Of a stretch of DNA of 64,000 nt, positions 40,015-49,078 are shown one piece after another; position 1 is the stretch's first letter, and each line of letters starts with the position of its first letter. Position numbers and translations under genes: made by a program. Under the pieces are notes generated by a model, which was not told where the DNA came from, searched no databases, and saw nothing but the letters and a program-made list of their open reading frames with translations. Origin of the DNA: Leptospira sp. (GTDB taxonomy: Bacteria; Spirochaetota; Leptospiria; Leptospirales; Leptospiraceae); assembly GCA_034439575.1 (NCBI GenBank), contig JAWXAQ010000007.1:288454-352453 (forward strand), in the 5' to 3' direction.

Positions 40015-42549
40015 ATGATGACACAGGATCCCCACGTACTGACAAATAATTACCGCCCACTTCCGGGTGTGTATGATGAGTTGATGGACGAGGAAGGTAA
40101 TGTTCGAAAAAAATATAAGTTTCTCGTTAAATCTTTCCAAGAGCTAGGTCCTGCTGAGCTAATCAATCGGCGAAGAGATGCGGACCGTATCTTACGAGAG
40201 AACGGAGTCACATATAACATATATCAGTCGGATTCTCCCGAAGCCAAAGAAAGACCTTGGAATTTAGATTTATTTCCATTGATCATGGAGAGCGATGAAT
40301 GGCGCGTTTTAGAAAGGGGACTCAACCAAAGAGCTGATTTATTAGATAGTTTATTACGCGATTTATATTCAAAAAGACGCATACTATACGAAAAAAAAAT
40401 CCCACCAGAATTATTATACAATGCATCTTCATTTCTTCGAGCATGTGAAGGAATGTATGATTCAAATCATTTTTTGGCAAAAAATCCCGCCTTATTATTT
40501 TTTGTATGTGATATCATTCGTGCCGCAGATGGCAACTTTTATGTGTTAAATGATAGAGTTCAAGCACCATCTGGTTCTGGTTATTCTTTGGAAAACCGGA
40601 TTGTACTTTCTAGAATTTTTCCATCTATGTATCGTGATGCGATGGTACATAGAGTTGCTATGTACTTTCGTTCCTTGCGAAAAGCGCTGACTCAGCAAGC
40701 AGGCATTACAAGCCGAGAACCAGTAATCGTTTTATTAACACCTGGCCCAAGCAATGAAACTTATTTTGAACATGCCTATTTAGCCGGTTATTTGGGTTAC
40801 ACTCTCGTTCAAGGTGAAGATCTAACTGTACGAAGAAACAAAGTTTTTATGAAAACAGTTGAAGGGTTGCAACAAGTTGATCTTATACTCAGGCGAGTCG
40901 ACGATCTTTTTATGGACCCATTAGAACTTAAAGGCGATTCTTTGTTAGGTGTTCCTGGTTTACTTGAAGCCATTCGATCCGGGAACGTTAAAGTAGCAAA
41001 TCCTATTGGATCATCATTTTTAGAAAATAGGGCATTATTACCTTTTTATTCAGAACTATGCAAATTCTATTTAGGTGAAGATTTAATTCTTCCCATGGCT
41101 CCAACGTATTGGTTAGGAAAAAAGGAAGATTTAAATAGAGTCATGGAGACACCAGAGAAATATGTTTTCAAAACGGTTTCTCGCGATGATGAATTAGAGC
41201 CTGTCACCTTTATGGAGTTAAGTGGCGAGAGAAAAGATACTTTTCTAAAACTTTTGTCAGTGGAGCCAAAAAGATTTATAGCACAGGAGATGATAGCTTC
41301 GGCAACCGTTCCTTTTTTAACTGAAAATGGGTTTAGACCTGGTCGTGCAATTATGCGAACATTCGTTACGTCGTCAGGTAATGGATACCAAACGATGGCG
41401 GGTGGATTAGTGCGCGTTTCACCGACCTTAGATGATTTTTTTGTAACGAGTCAAAGAGGTGCATGGAGTAAGGACCTTTGGGTATTGGCTTCAGAAACAC
41501 AAAAAGAAGAAACACTTCTTGTTCCTAAAGCAGAAAATATATCCATCTCCAGAAAGAGTTCAGGGGTTCCAAGCCGTGTAGCTGATAATTTGTTCTGGCT
41601 TGCGCGTTATATGGAACGAGCAGAAAATCAGGCACGAATTTTTAGAGAAGCAACTTTTAAAGTTTTGCAATTAGAAGATAATTATGAAAAAGAAACAATT
41701 CATAATGTTCTTCGTCTTGTAACGCATGTTACAAATTCATATCCAGGGTTTTTAGGTGATGACGCAGAAGATTTGTTTGCTTATCCATTCAAAGAACTCC
41801 AACGATTAGCCAATGACAAATTTTTAGTTGGTAGTTTAGCATTTAATATTAAAGGTCTTGTACAGGCATCAAAGTCAGTTAGGGATCGTTTATCTGAAGA
41901 TATGAAAAAGAATATGTTGAATATGGAAGATCATTTGAATCTCCCTATTGAATCGTATGATTCTTTGATTGATTTTTTACATAAAATAATTCTCAACTTG
42001 TCTTCACTCACTGGACTTTCATTTGAAAATATGAGTAGGGAAGCTGGTTGGTATTTCTTGGAACTAGGTAGAAGAATGGAGCGTGCCTTAGGCTTGATTT
42101 TCATTCTGCAAGGATTATTTAGATGGGAATCACTCCAAGATAAATCATCCTTCGAAAATCTATTAAGTATCAATGATGTAAGGATTACATATAATAGACG
42201 TTATCGGGGAAGAATTGATAAGGAGTCAGTGCTCGATATTCTATTATTTGATAATTCAAATCCAAGATCGCTCGCTTACCAATTGGAAAGAATCAATGAA
42301 TGTTTGAAATTTCTTCCTGGAAAAGAAGAGAAAACAACGTACGCAGAAGATAGAGCTGCATTACAATTATACACAACATTTAAAATGAAAGATATTCCTA
42401 TTTTATTTAGTGAACCAGAGCCAAATGTTGTAATCGCTGCTTGGTTAGACGAATTGCACAGCTTATTACGAGCGTTATCTGAAACAATTTCACTTAGATA
42501 TTTTAATTATGCTGAAGAACAAACTCGTATCGGTGATGTTAATGGCTGA
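40015..42549 (+). CDS. Circularly permuted ATP-grasp fused to alpha-E domain
   Basis: YDEL, ENGVTYN, QAPSGSGYSLENR, TPGPxNETYFEH, ILRRVDD, GGLVR, SKDLWV; then PSRVADNLFWLARYMERAE, LGRRMERA, NPRS. Confidence 0.92.
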   Translation: MMTQDPHVLTNNYRPLPGVYDELMDEEGNVRKKYKFLVKSFQELGPAELINRRRDADRILRENGVTYNIYQSDSPEAKERPWNLDLFPLIMESDEWRVLERGLNQRADLLDSLLRDLYSKRRILYEKKIPPELLYNASSFLRACEGMYDSNHFLAKNPALLFFVCDIIRAADGNFYVLNDRVQAPSGSGYSLENRIVLSRIFPSMYRDAMVHRVAMYFRSLRKALTQQAGITSREPVIVLLTPGPSNETYFEHAYLAGYLGYTLVQGEDLTVRRNKVFMKTVEGLQQVDLILRRVDDLFMDPLELKGDSLLGVPGLLEAIRSGNVKVANPIGSSFLENRALLPFYSELCKFYLGEDLILPMAPTYWLGKKEDLNRVMETPEKYVFKTVSRDDELEPVTFMELSGERKDTFLKLLSVEPKRFIAQEMIASATVPFLTENGFRPGRAIMRTFVTSSGNGYQTMAGGLVRVSPTLDDFFVTSQRGAWSKDLWVLASETQKEETLLVPKAENISISRKSSGVPSRVADNLFWLARYMERAENQARIFREATFKVLQLEDNYEKETIHNVLRLVTHVTNSYPGFLGDDAEDLFAYPFKELQRLANDKFLVGSLAFNIKGLVQASKSVRDRLSEDMKKNMLNMEDHLNLPIESYDSLIDFLHKIILNLSSLTGLSFENMSREAGWYFLELGRRMERALGLIFILQGLFRWESLQDKSSFENLLSINDVRITYNRRYRGRIDKESVLDILLFDNSNPRSLAYQLERINECLKFLPGKEEKTTYAEDRAALQLYTTFKMKDIPILFSEPEPNVVIAAWLDELHSLLRALSETISLRYFNYAEEQTRIGDVNG

Positions 42550-43435
42550 TTACAAAGTTCTTCACAAGACAAAATATTTTTACGAGGATCTTGTTGCTTA
42601 TTGTCACAATATGGCTCACATGTATCCATTAACATCTCGGCATCAAGATTGTTTTAGGACGCATGTTACAGTCAATCCAAAACCAGTTGTTTCTTCTTTT
42701 CGAAGAGACTACTTTGGAAATCAGGTTTTTTTATTTTCGGTTGAAGATCCACACAAGTCATTGGAAGTAATCGTTGAGTCCACAATTCGAACTCATGAAT
42801 CTAGTTTAGGCTACGACCTAGCGCGATCAAAACCTTGGGAAGAAATTTTAGATATAATTTCTGAATCTGCTTTGGAACAAGACATTACAGCATTAGAATA
42901 TACTTTTGCATCACCTTTCATATTGAAGAAAGCAGAATATGCAAATTTTGCTAAACCATTTTTTCCGATGGGAAAACCGGTATTTCAAGGCACTCTTGAA
43001 TTAATTCAAGCGCTTCAAAAAACATTCAAATATGATGTTAAGGCGACTACCATCAATACACCGCTTGAACAAGTATTAGTCGAGAAGAAAGGTGTATGTC
43101 AAGATTTTAGTCATCTTTGTATAGCGGCACTACGTTCTTTGGGAATTCCTTCCAGGTATGTGAGCGGGTATATCGAAACCCAGCCACCACCTGGACAAAC
43201 AAAATTGAGAGGCAGTGACGCTACTCATGCTTGGATTTCTGTTTATTGTCCTGATATGGGTTGGCATGATTTTGATCCGACGAATGGTAAGATGATCACT
43301 GGAGAATATATCATCACAGCAATTGGCAGAGATTATTCCGATGTATCACCATTGAAAGGTATCATCTTTGGTGGCGGCAAACATAAATTAATCGTTGAAG
43401 TCGATGTATTTCGAGAAGCGATTACAGAAAACTGA
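42542..43435 (+). CDS. Transglutaminase family protein (start ATG 42542)
   Basis: HxTxY, DYFGN, GVCQDFSH, RYVSGY, THAW, FDPTN, GRDYSDVSP. Confidence 0.93.
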   Translation: MADYKVLHKTKYFYEDLVAYCHNMAHMYPLTSRHQDCFRTHVTVNPKPVVSSFRRDYFGNQVFLFSVEDPHKSLEVIVESTIRTHESSLGYDLARSKPWEEILDIISESALEQDITALEYTFASPFILKKAEYANFAKPFFPMGKPVFQGTLELIQALQKTFKYDVKATTINTPLEQVLVEKKGVCQDFSHLCIAALRSLGIPSRYVSGYIETQPPPGQTKLRGSDATHAWISVYCPDMGWHDFDPTNGKMITGEYIITAIGRDYSDVSPLKGIIFGGGKHKLIVEVDVFREAITEN

Positions 43436-43440
43436 TTTGA

Positions 43441-43803
43441 TTATTTGAAAATTAATTTCCATTCTTCTTCTTTGAAACCAACAAGAAACCCTTCTTTTAG
43501 AACAACAAATGGCCTTTTGACGAGATTTCCGTTAGCTGAGAGTGCCTTAAGTGCTTCCTCTTCTGAGATTTTCTGAATTTTTTCTTTCCAATTTCCTTCC
43601 CGATAATCGTTTCCAGAGACATTAAATAATATTTTAAGTTCACCTAAATATCGTTTTGCTTTTTTCAATTCTGATATGTTAGGTGGATTTTCCCTAATGG
43701 CTATCGCTTCGAATTCAATTTTTTTGGAATTAAGGAATTGAATAGCTTTTCGGCAGGTGCTACAGCCCGAATAATGATAAACTTTAATGTTTGTATTTTT
43801 CAC
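43441..43803 (-). CDS. ArsC/Spx/YffB family reductase
   Basis: CSTCRKA, LFNVSGxxYRE, LVKRP, VGFKEEEW. Confidence 0.9.
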   Translation of the reverse strand: MKNTNIKVYHYSGCSTCRKAIQFLNSKKIEFEAIAIRENPPNISELKKAKRYLGELKILFNVSGNDYREGNWKEKIQKISEEEALKALSANGNLVKRPFVVLKEGFLVGFKEEEWKLIFK

Positions 43804-43851
43804 TGTTCCAAAATTATTACTTACGATAAAAACTAAATCTTTTTATTGGAA

Positions 43852-44925
43852 ATGGTGGAGATTCTATACGACATTCCTTTGGCACCTTTCACGACCTTAA
43901 ATTTAGGTGGCAAGGCAGCTTATTTGGCGCGATGTCATAATGAACAGGAAGTGCTTGAAAGCTTACAATTTGCAAAGCTAAAAGGATTACCAGTCTGGAT
44001 TTTAGGCGGTGGTTCAAATACGATCGTTAGTGATTCAGGATTCAAGGGAATAGTGATCAAAATTGAAATCATGGGAATGGAAAATCTTACGAAAGAAAAT
44101 TCGGATGTATCGACTATGTCTATTGGGGCTGGAGTCAATTGGGATACATTTGTTTTAAAATCAATTGAAGAGGGATTGGCGGGTATCGAGTGTTTGTCGG
44201 GCATTCCAGGTACTATCGGAGCGAGTCCGATCCAAAACATTGGTGCCTATGGGCAAGAAGTAGCAAATAGTATTGAGTCTGTTCGAATGATTACACCTGA
44301 CTTTGAATTGGTGGAAGTAAAGGCTATAGATTGCCATTTTAGTTATAGAAACAGTAAATTTAAATCAGGCGAATGGAAAAATCATATAATTACAAGTGTT
44401 AAATTTAATTTATCAAAAACTAAATCGCCATGTACTAATTATCCCGAAGTAAACAAAAATTGGCAATCTCTTGCGTTATTAGTTGGAAGAAAATTTGACC
44501 GACTAACTGAGTTCTTAGAATTTAGAAATTTGATTTTATCTTTGCGAAAAAGCAAATCAATGGTATTGGATAAAGAAGATCCCAATTCGAAATCGGTTGG
44601 ATCATTTTTTACAAATCCTTTATTATCACAGGAAGAAACGAAAATTTTCTTAAATAGAGTTATCGAACTTGGACTGGAAAAACCATCTCTATATCCAGAT
44701 TCAGATAACAAAAACAAAGTATCTGCCGCTTGGCTTATTGAGAAAAGTGGAATTGAAAAAGGTCTAAAATACAAAGGTGTAGGAATATCGAGTGCTCATT
44801 GTTTAGCTCTGGTGAATCACAACGGGACATCCTCTGAATTATTAGAATTATCGGATTTAGTAAGACTAAAGGTTTTTGAAAAATTTCAGATAAATTTAAT
44901 AAGGGAACCTGTATTCCTTAGTTAA
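43852..44925 (+). CDS. murB: UDP-N-acetylmuramate dehydrogenase
   Basis: ILGGGSN, LSGIPGTIGASPIQNIGAYG, FSYRNSKFK, SVGSFFTNP, AAWLIE, HCLALVN, REP. Confidence 0.95.
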   Translation: MVEILYDIPLAPFTTLNLGGKAAYLARCHNEQEVLESLQFAKLKGLPVWILGGGSNTIVSDSGFKGIVIKIEIMGMENLTKENSDVSTMSIGAGVNWDTFVLKSIEEGLAGIECLSGIPGTIGASPIQNIGAYGQEVANSIESVRMITPDFELVEVKAIDCHFSYRNSKFKSGEWKNHIITSVKFNLSKTKSPCTNYPEVNKNWQSLALLVGRKFDRLTEFLEFRNLILSLRKSKSMVLDKEDPNSKSVGSFFTNPLLSQEETKIFLNRVIELGLEKPSLYPDSDNKNKVSAAWLIEKSGIEKGLKYKGVGISSAHCLALVNHNGTSSELLELSDLVRLKVFEKFQINLIREPVFLS

Positions 44926-44977
44926 AAAGAATTTGAATTTATGAATATAGAGATAGAGGATGTTACAGATAGTCATC

Positions 44978-46003
44978 ATGAAAAAACTTAATGTCAAAAA
45001 ATTTATTACCATAATTTTTCTTGCGATCGTATTCATTTCCATAGTCGGACTCCTTGTTTTTTTTGTCCTAGATGAAAAGAAGGGCGGTGCGGTTGGCGAT
45101 GGTCAAAATAGTTTTGAATTGATCATCGAGCCTGGAGAATCTTCATCAACCGTTGTTAAAGAATTATCTAGTGCTGGGATGATCAAATCATCAGTGTATT
45201 TTAATTATCTTATTAAATTTACGCGAGCCGGAAATAAAATCAAACAAGGTGTATATGATATTAACGATGGGATGAGTTCTAGAAAAATTCTTGATGTGAT
45301 TATTTCTGGAAAAGTAAAGTTAGTAACCTTTACAATTCCCGAAGGTTACAATAACAGACAAATTGGTGACTTGTTAGTTGCAAAGAAATTAAGTCTGACT
45401 CGTGAAGCATTTCTCGCTGCGGCCTCAAACAAAGCTCTCATTGAAAAGTATAAAATACCCGCACCCACAACAGAAGGGTATTTATTTCCTGAAACGTATT
45501 CAGTTCCACTAAATTACCCAGCAGATCGCATAGCAGATATGATGATCAAAAGATTTTTTAAAAAATTAGAATCGATCCCAGAAGCTAAAAATATTTCACC
45601 TAAAGATTTGCATGCTAAAGTTGTATTGGCATCCATCGTAGAACGAGAAGCAGTGCGTAAAGAAGAAAGACCTATGATGGCTGGAGTTTTTTTGACAAGG
45701 ATTGAAAAAAATATTAATTTAGAATCCTGTGCTACCATTCAATATTTATTTGATAAACCAAAAAAGAGACTTTTTGAAACTGACTTGAAAATAATTTCAC
45801 CTTACAATACGTATATGAATGGTGGTTGGCCACCTGGACCTATTTCGAATCCAGGCTTACCAGCATTAGCTGCAGCCTTTAAACCTGAAAAATCTGACAA
45901 ATTATTTTTCTTATTAAAACCCGATGGTTCACATTATTTTTCCGCTACATTCAAAGAACACTTGGAAGCAAAGAAAAAATTTATCGATGTGCTTTATCAA
46001 TAA
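44978..46003 (+). CDS. mltG: Endolytic transglycosylase MltG (YceG)
   Basis: N-terminal TM, TIPEG, EGYLFPETY, LASIVEREA, SPYNTY, PPGPISNPG. Confidence 0.94.
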   Translation: MKKLNVKKFITIIFLAIVFISIVGLLVFFVLDEKKGGAVGDGQNSFELIIEPGESSSTVVKELSSAGMIKSSVYFNYLIKFTRAGNKIKQGVYDINDGMSSRKILDVIISGKVKLVTFTIPEGYNNRQIGDLLVAKKLSLTREAFLAAASNKALIEKYKIPAPTTEGYLFPETYSVPLNYPADRIADMMIKRFFKKLESIPEAKNISPKDLHAKVVLASIVEREAVRKEERPMMAGVFLTRIEKNINLESCATIQYLFDKPKKRLFETDLKIISPYNTYMNGGWPPGPISNPGLPALAAAFKPEKSDKLFFLLKPDGSHYFSATFKEHLEAKKKFIDVLYQ

Positions 46004-46257
46004 TGAATGAAGATATTATCAATTTAAATGTTACTATTGGATCAATATCGAAAGAGCTTCTAGATGTTCAAAAATCTTTGGATATTTACCGTGAAAAGCA
46101 GGCTAAAAAAGAAGCACTAGACGATGCGGCGTTTGCATTTGTGCAGAAAGCAGAGTTAGTGATTGAAAAAGCTGAAGCAGGCGAAATTTTACTTACCGAG
46201 GATCAAAAAAGAAGGATTCAAAGTAATTTAGTTAAAATATTGAAGAAAATTGGTTAG
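46003..46257 (+). CDS. Small hypothetical helical protein
   Basis: 84-aa ORF coupled to mltG (TAATG overlap). Confidence 0.65.
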   Translation: MNEDIINLNVTIGSISKELLDVQKSLDIYREKQAKKEALDDAAFAFVQKAELVIEKAEAGEILLTEDQKRRIQSNLVKILKKIG

Positions 46258-46345
46258 GTGGGGAGAAGGATTTTTGTAATCCCCGCCCTTTTTGGGTGGG
46301 GAACTAGACCCGCCGCCCAATGCTTTCCGTCTATCATACTCCCAC
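46249..46345. repeat. GC-rich palindromic intergenic element (REP/MITE-like candidate)
   Basis: Hairpin TCCCCGCCC-TTTTT-GGGTGGGGA (46280-46302) followed by ACTAGACCCGCCGCCCAATG; much higher GC than surroundings. Confidence 0.45.
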
Positions 46346-46400
46346 AATTCCGACAAATCAAAACGCATTCCCTTAAAAAATTACAAAAATATGTCCGCCT

Positions 46401-46456
46401 TTTTTACCATTCCTTCATACGTCTGTCACTCAAATGTAACGAACCAATGTCATATT
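46401..46456 (+). promoter_or_regulatory. Pho-box-like tandem direct repeats plus extended -10
   Basis: TTTTTAC/CCTTCAT/CTGTCAC/ATGTAAC at 46401/46412/46423/46434 (11-bp period), then 10 bp and TGt-CATATT. Confidence 0.6.
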
Positions 46457-46544
46457 TAACTCAGTTGGAGGGAGATAATTTCTTTTTCCCGACTGGGAAA
46501 TCCCGCCAACTAACAAATTCGATAATATCGAAAGAGGAAACGAA

Positions 46545-48320
46545 ATGAATCAAATTTTAAAAAAAGGATTGGTGATTGTTAGTTTAATCATTTTTTCCTT
46601 AACAACAATAAATTGTAAGAAAGACAAAGATGATAATACAGGTTTATTACTTGCGGCTTTGTATTTATTAAATCAGACTGAATATACAGTAACAATGTCA
46701 GCAACATTATTAGATAGTTCTGATCTGGCAATACGTGATGGTAAAGTGACTTTGACTGCTGGAGCAAATGATATCTTAGTAGCCAACCAAGCAACTATAT
46801 CTGACTTTACTGCTTGTCAAACAAATGCTCCGCTAACAACAGCAAACCAAAAAACGACAACTGGCTTAGATGGTGAGTTCAATTTAAATTTTAAAGTAAA
46901 TTCAACTTCAGGAACATTTACTTTAACAACTGTTGGGTCTACAGGAGCTAGTGCGACATCAGGAACTTGTGATCAAATCTCTGCTCTGGATGCTTCAACT
47001 TTCACTGATAGTATTGGAACTGCCACCATGGCACTCAACATCAATGAGAGTGATCTTACGAATACGAACCAAGTTGTCATTACTGCATCTGGTTTTAAAA
47101 TAAATGTAAAAACCATATCTATTGTTAAACGAGGAACATACAATTTAGTATCTCCAACTGTTGGCGAAAATATTTGTGATGGGAAAAGTGTGACTGGAAG
47201 TCCGATCACTAAGTCTGGAACTATTTCTGGATCAGAGACTTGGTCAGACGCCGTCCTTCTTACTGGAACGATTCTTGTAGAAAGTGGTGCGACCATCACA
47301 TTATCTCCTGGAACCGTTGTTTTTGGACAAAGAGGTTCTTCTATTTTCTTCAAACCAGGATCAAAGCTTGTTTCAAAAGGAAGCGCTTCATCGCCAATTT
47401 GTTGGACATCAGCAAATACACCAGGTTCAAGATTTCCAGGCGATTGGGGTGGTATTGTAATGATTGGAAATTCTGGTGCATCCAGATCTTCAAACACAGA
47501 AGGAACCACTCCGCAATCTTATGGTGGAGCTGCTGGTGCAAATGCAAACAATCTCGAAATGGAATATACTATCGTCGAGTTTGGTGGCAATGAAGTAGCA
47601 CCTGGTGATGAGTTAAATAATTTAAGTATGTATGCATCTAATACAACACTTAACAATGTTCAAGTGCACCGTGGTCTTGACGATGGATTTGAAGCTTGGG
47701 GTGGATCAGGAACTTGGACAAATTTACTTGCGACAGGGGGATTGGATGACGATTTTGATTTAGATGAAGGATTCTCAGGAACTCTTACCAATTTAATTTC
47801 TCACAAATATCCAACAACATGTGGCGGGTCCTTATCAACAGATCCTCATGCCTTTGAGATGGATGGTGTTCATAGTGGTAATGGTACAAATTGTAGCTCT
47901 AGTTCAATTGGTAGATGTACAACTCCTACGATTTCAGGCTTTACTTTGATCGGACAAAGCAATACTGGAGGAGAAGGTATGAGATTGAGAGAAGGTCTTG
48001 CTGGATCTATGAGCAATGGTCTTGTATATAACTTTGTTACTTACAATATTAGAGCAACTGCATCTGGTTCCTTTCCTACAAATTCAACAACTATCAATAA
48101 CACAGTGTTAGTTCAAACAGGAAAGACTGCAGAGAACAATGGTATCACAAACAACGCTACTATCTCTCTTACTGCTCTTCCGATCTCAAGTGAAGGAAAC
48201 GTAGCGGGAACAGATTGTGGTTTCGCTGCGACAAAACCAAACTATACTTCAACGGCAGCGCAAACTGGTGGTGGAGCAGGCTCTTGGTATTCGAATTGGA
48301 CAGTTTATAGAGCGCGTTAA
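46545..48320 (+). CDS. Surface lipoprotein with predicted parallel beta-helix C-terminal domain
   Basis: Lipobox TINC; Ser/Thr/Gly-rich; PGDWGGIVMIG, GDELNNL, DDGFEAWGG, DDDFDLDEGFSG, AFEMDG motifs. Confidence 0.8.
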   Translation: MNQILKKGLVIVSLIIFSLTTINCKKDKDDNTGLLLAALYLLNQTEYTVTMSATLLDSSDLAIRDGKVTLTAGANDILVANQATISDFTACQTNAPLTTANQKTTTGLDGEFNLNFKVNSTSGTFTLTTVGSTGASATSGTCDQISALDASTFTDSIGTATMALNINESDLTNTNQVVITASGFKINVKTISIVKRGTYNLVSPTVGENICDGKSVTGSPITKSGTISGSETWSDAVLLTGTILVESGATITLSPGTVVFGQRGSSIFFKPGSKLVSKGSASSPICWTSANTPGSRFPGDWGGIVMIGNSGASRSSNTEGTTPQSYGGAAGANANNLEMEYTIVEFGGNEVAPGDELNNLSMYASNTTLNNVQVHRGLDDGFEAWGGSGTWTNLLATGGLDDDFDLDEGFSGTLTNLISHKYPTTCGGSLSTDPHAFEMDGVHSGNGTNCSSSSIGRCTTPTISGFTLIGQSNTGGEGMRLREGLAGSMSNGLVYNFVTYNIRATASGSFPTNSTTINNTVLVQTGKTAENNGITNNATISLTALPISSEGNVAGTDCGFAATKPNYTSTAAQTGGGAGSWYSNWTVYRAR

Positions 48321-48343
48321 TCAAACGTAATATTTTAAAATTG

Positions 48344-48376
48344 AAAATGCCTCGTTAATAACGGGGCATTTTTTTT
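48344..48376 (+). terminator. Rho-independent terminator after beta-helix lipoprotein
   Basis: AAAATGCCTCGTT-AAT-AACGGGGCATTTT plus T run. Confidence 0.85.
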
Positions 48377-48385
48377 AGTACAAAT

Positions 48386-48964
48386 ATGAAATCAATTTAT
48401 TACATAATCATTTCACTTCTAATTTTCATTCAATGTGATTCCAATAAATCGTTTCAAGAAGAAATGGAAAAACAAAACCAGGAATTGCTAAAGCAAATGA
48501 AATTGCAGCAAACATCGATTAGGAATAATAAACGTGACAATTGTTTCTTCGCACCAAAGTTTTCATCGAAAGAAGAAGCAATATTAGAATTTTTAAAAGA
48601 CCTTCAAAAAACATCTAAGGAAGAAGTTCTATCTATGACTTCTATTGATGAAAATCTCTATTGTATATATCCAAATATTATAGGCTATGGCACCTCACTT
48701 GATAATACCCTACTTGCAGATTACGTAAAATTAATGAAGGAGCGGACAAATATTGGTTTAAGTTCTATACGTAAGAAAATCAAATCATCCGCATTCAAAA
48801 TCAAAACTCTCACTTGGGAAAAAGCGCGTCGATATGAAGGAATCTCAGGGTATAAACCTTTATCTATTATCATTGAGAACCAAGGTAAAGAATATGAAAT
48901 CACTGAAATCAAGATGGTCTATAGTATGAACGGAACATTCAAAGTCGGAGTGATTGGATTCTAA
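48386..48964 (+). CDS. Hypothetical lipoprotein
   Basis: Signal ending FIQC; 192-aa ORF. Confidence 0.7.
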   Translation: MKSIYYIIISLLIFIQCDSNKSFQEEMEKQNQELLKQMKLQQTSIRNNKRDNCFFAPKFSSKEEAILEFLKDLQKTSKEEVLSMTSIDENLYCIYPNIIGYGTSLDNTLLADYVKLMKERTNIGLSSIRKKIKSSAFKIKTLTWEKARRYEGISGYKPLSIIIENQGKEYEITEIKMVYSMNGTFKVGVIGF

Positions 48965-48965
48965 T

Positions 48966-49008
48966 TTATTACATTTTCATTACAGCAAATTAATACTGCT
49001 GTAATGAA
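48966..49008. promoter_or_regulatory. Inverted repeat with 11-bp phased Pho-box-like half-sites upstream of the TonB-dependent receptor
   Basis: TTCATTACAGCA-N9-TGCTGTAATGAA (48976-49008); heptamers TTATTAC/TCATTAC/AATTAAT/CTGTAAT at 11-bp period. Confidence 0.5.
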
Positions 49009-49078
49009 TGTTTAGGTCAAAGTCTTTTCCGTTTACCCTACCGACGATTCCCTGGAAAAAAACCAATTGTTGGTCTAT

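Noticed and set aside
46258-46548. 96-aa ORF between the small hypothetical gene and the beta-helix lipoprotein
   Set aside because: Spans a palindromic element, promoter repeats and a structured leader; composition not protein-like
48965-49078. Cobalamin riboswitch or Fur box ahead of the TonB-dependent receptor
   Set aside because: Gap too short and lacks B12-box; no GATAATGATAATCATTATC-like match
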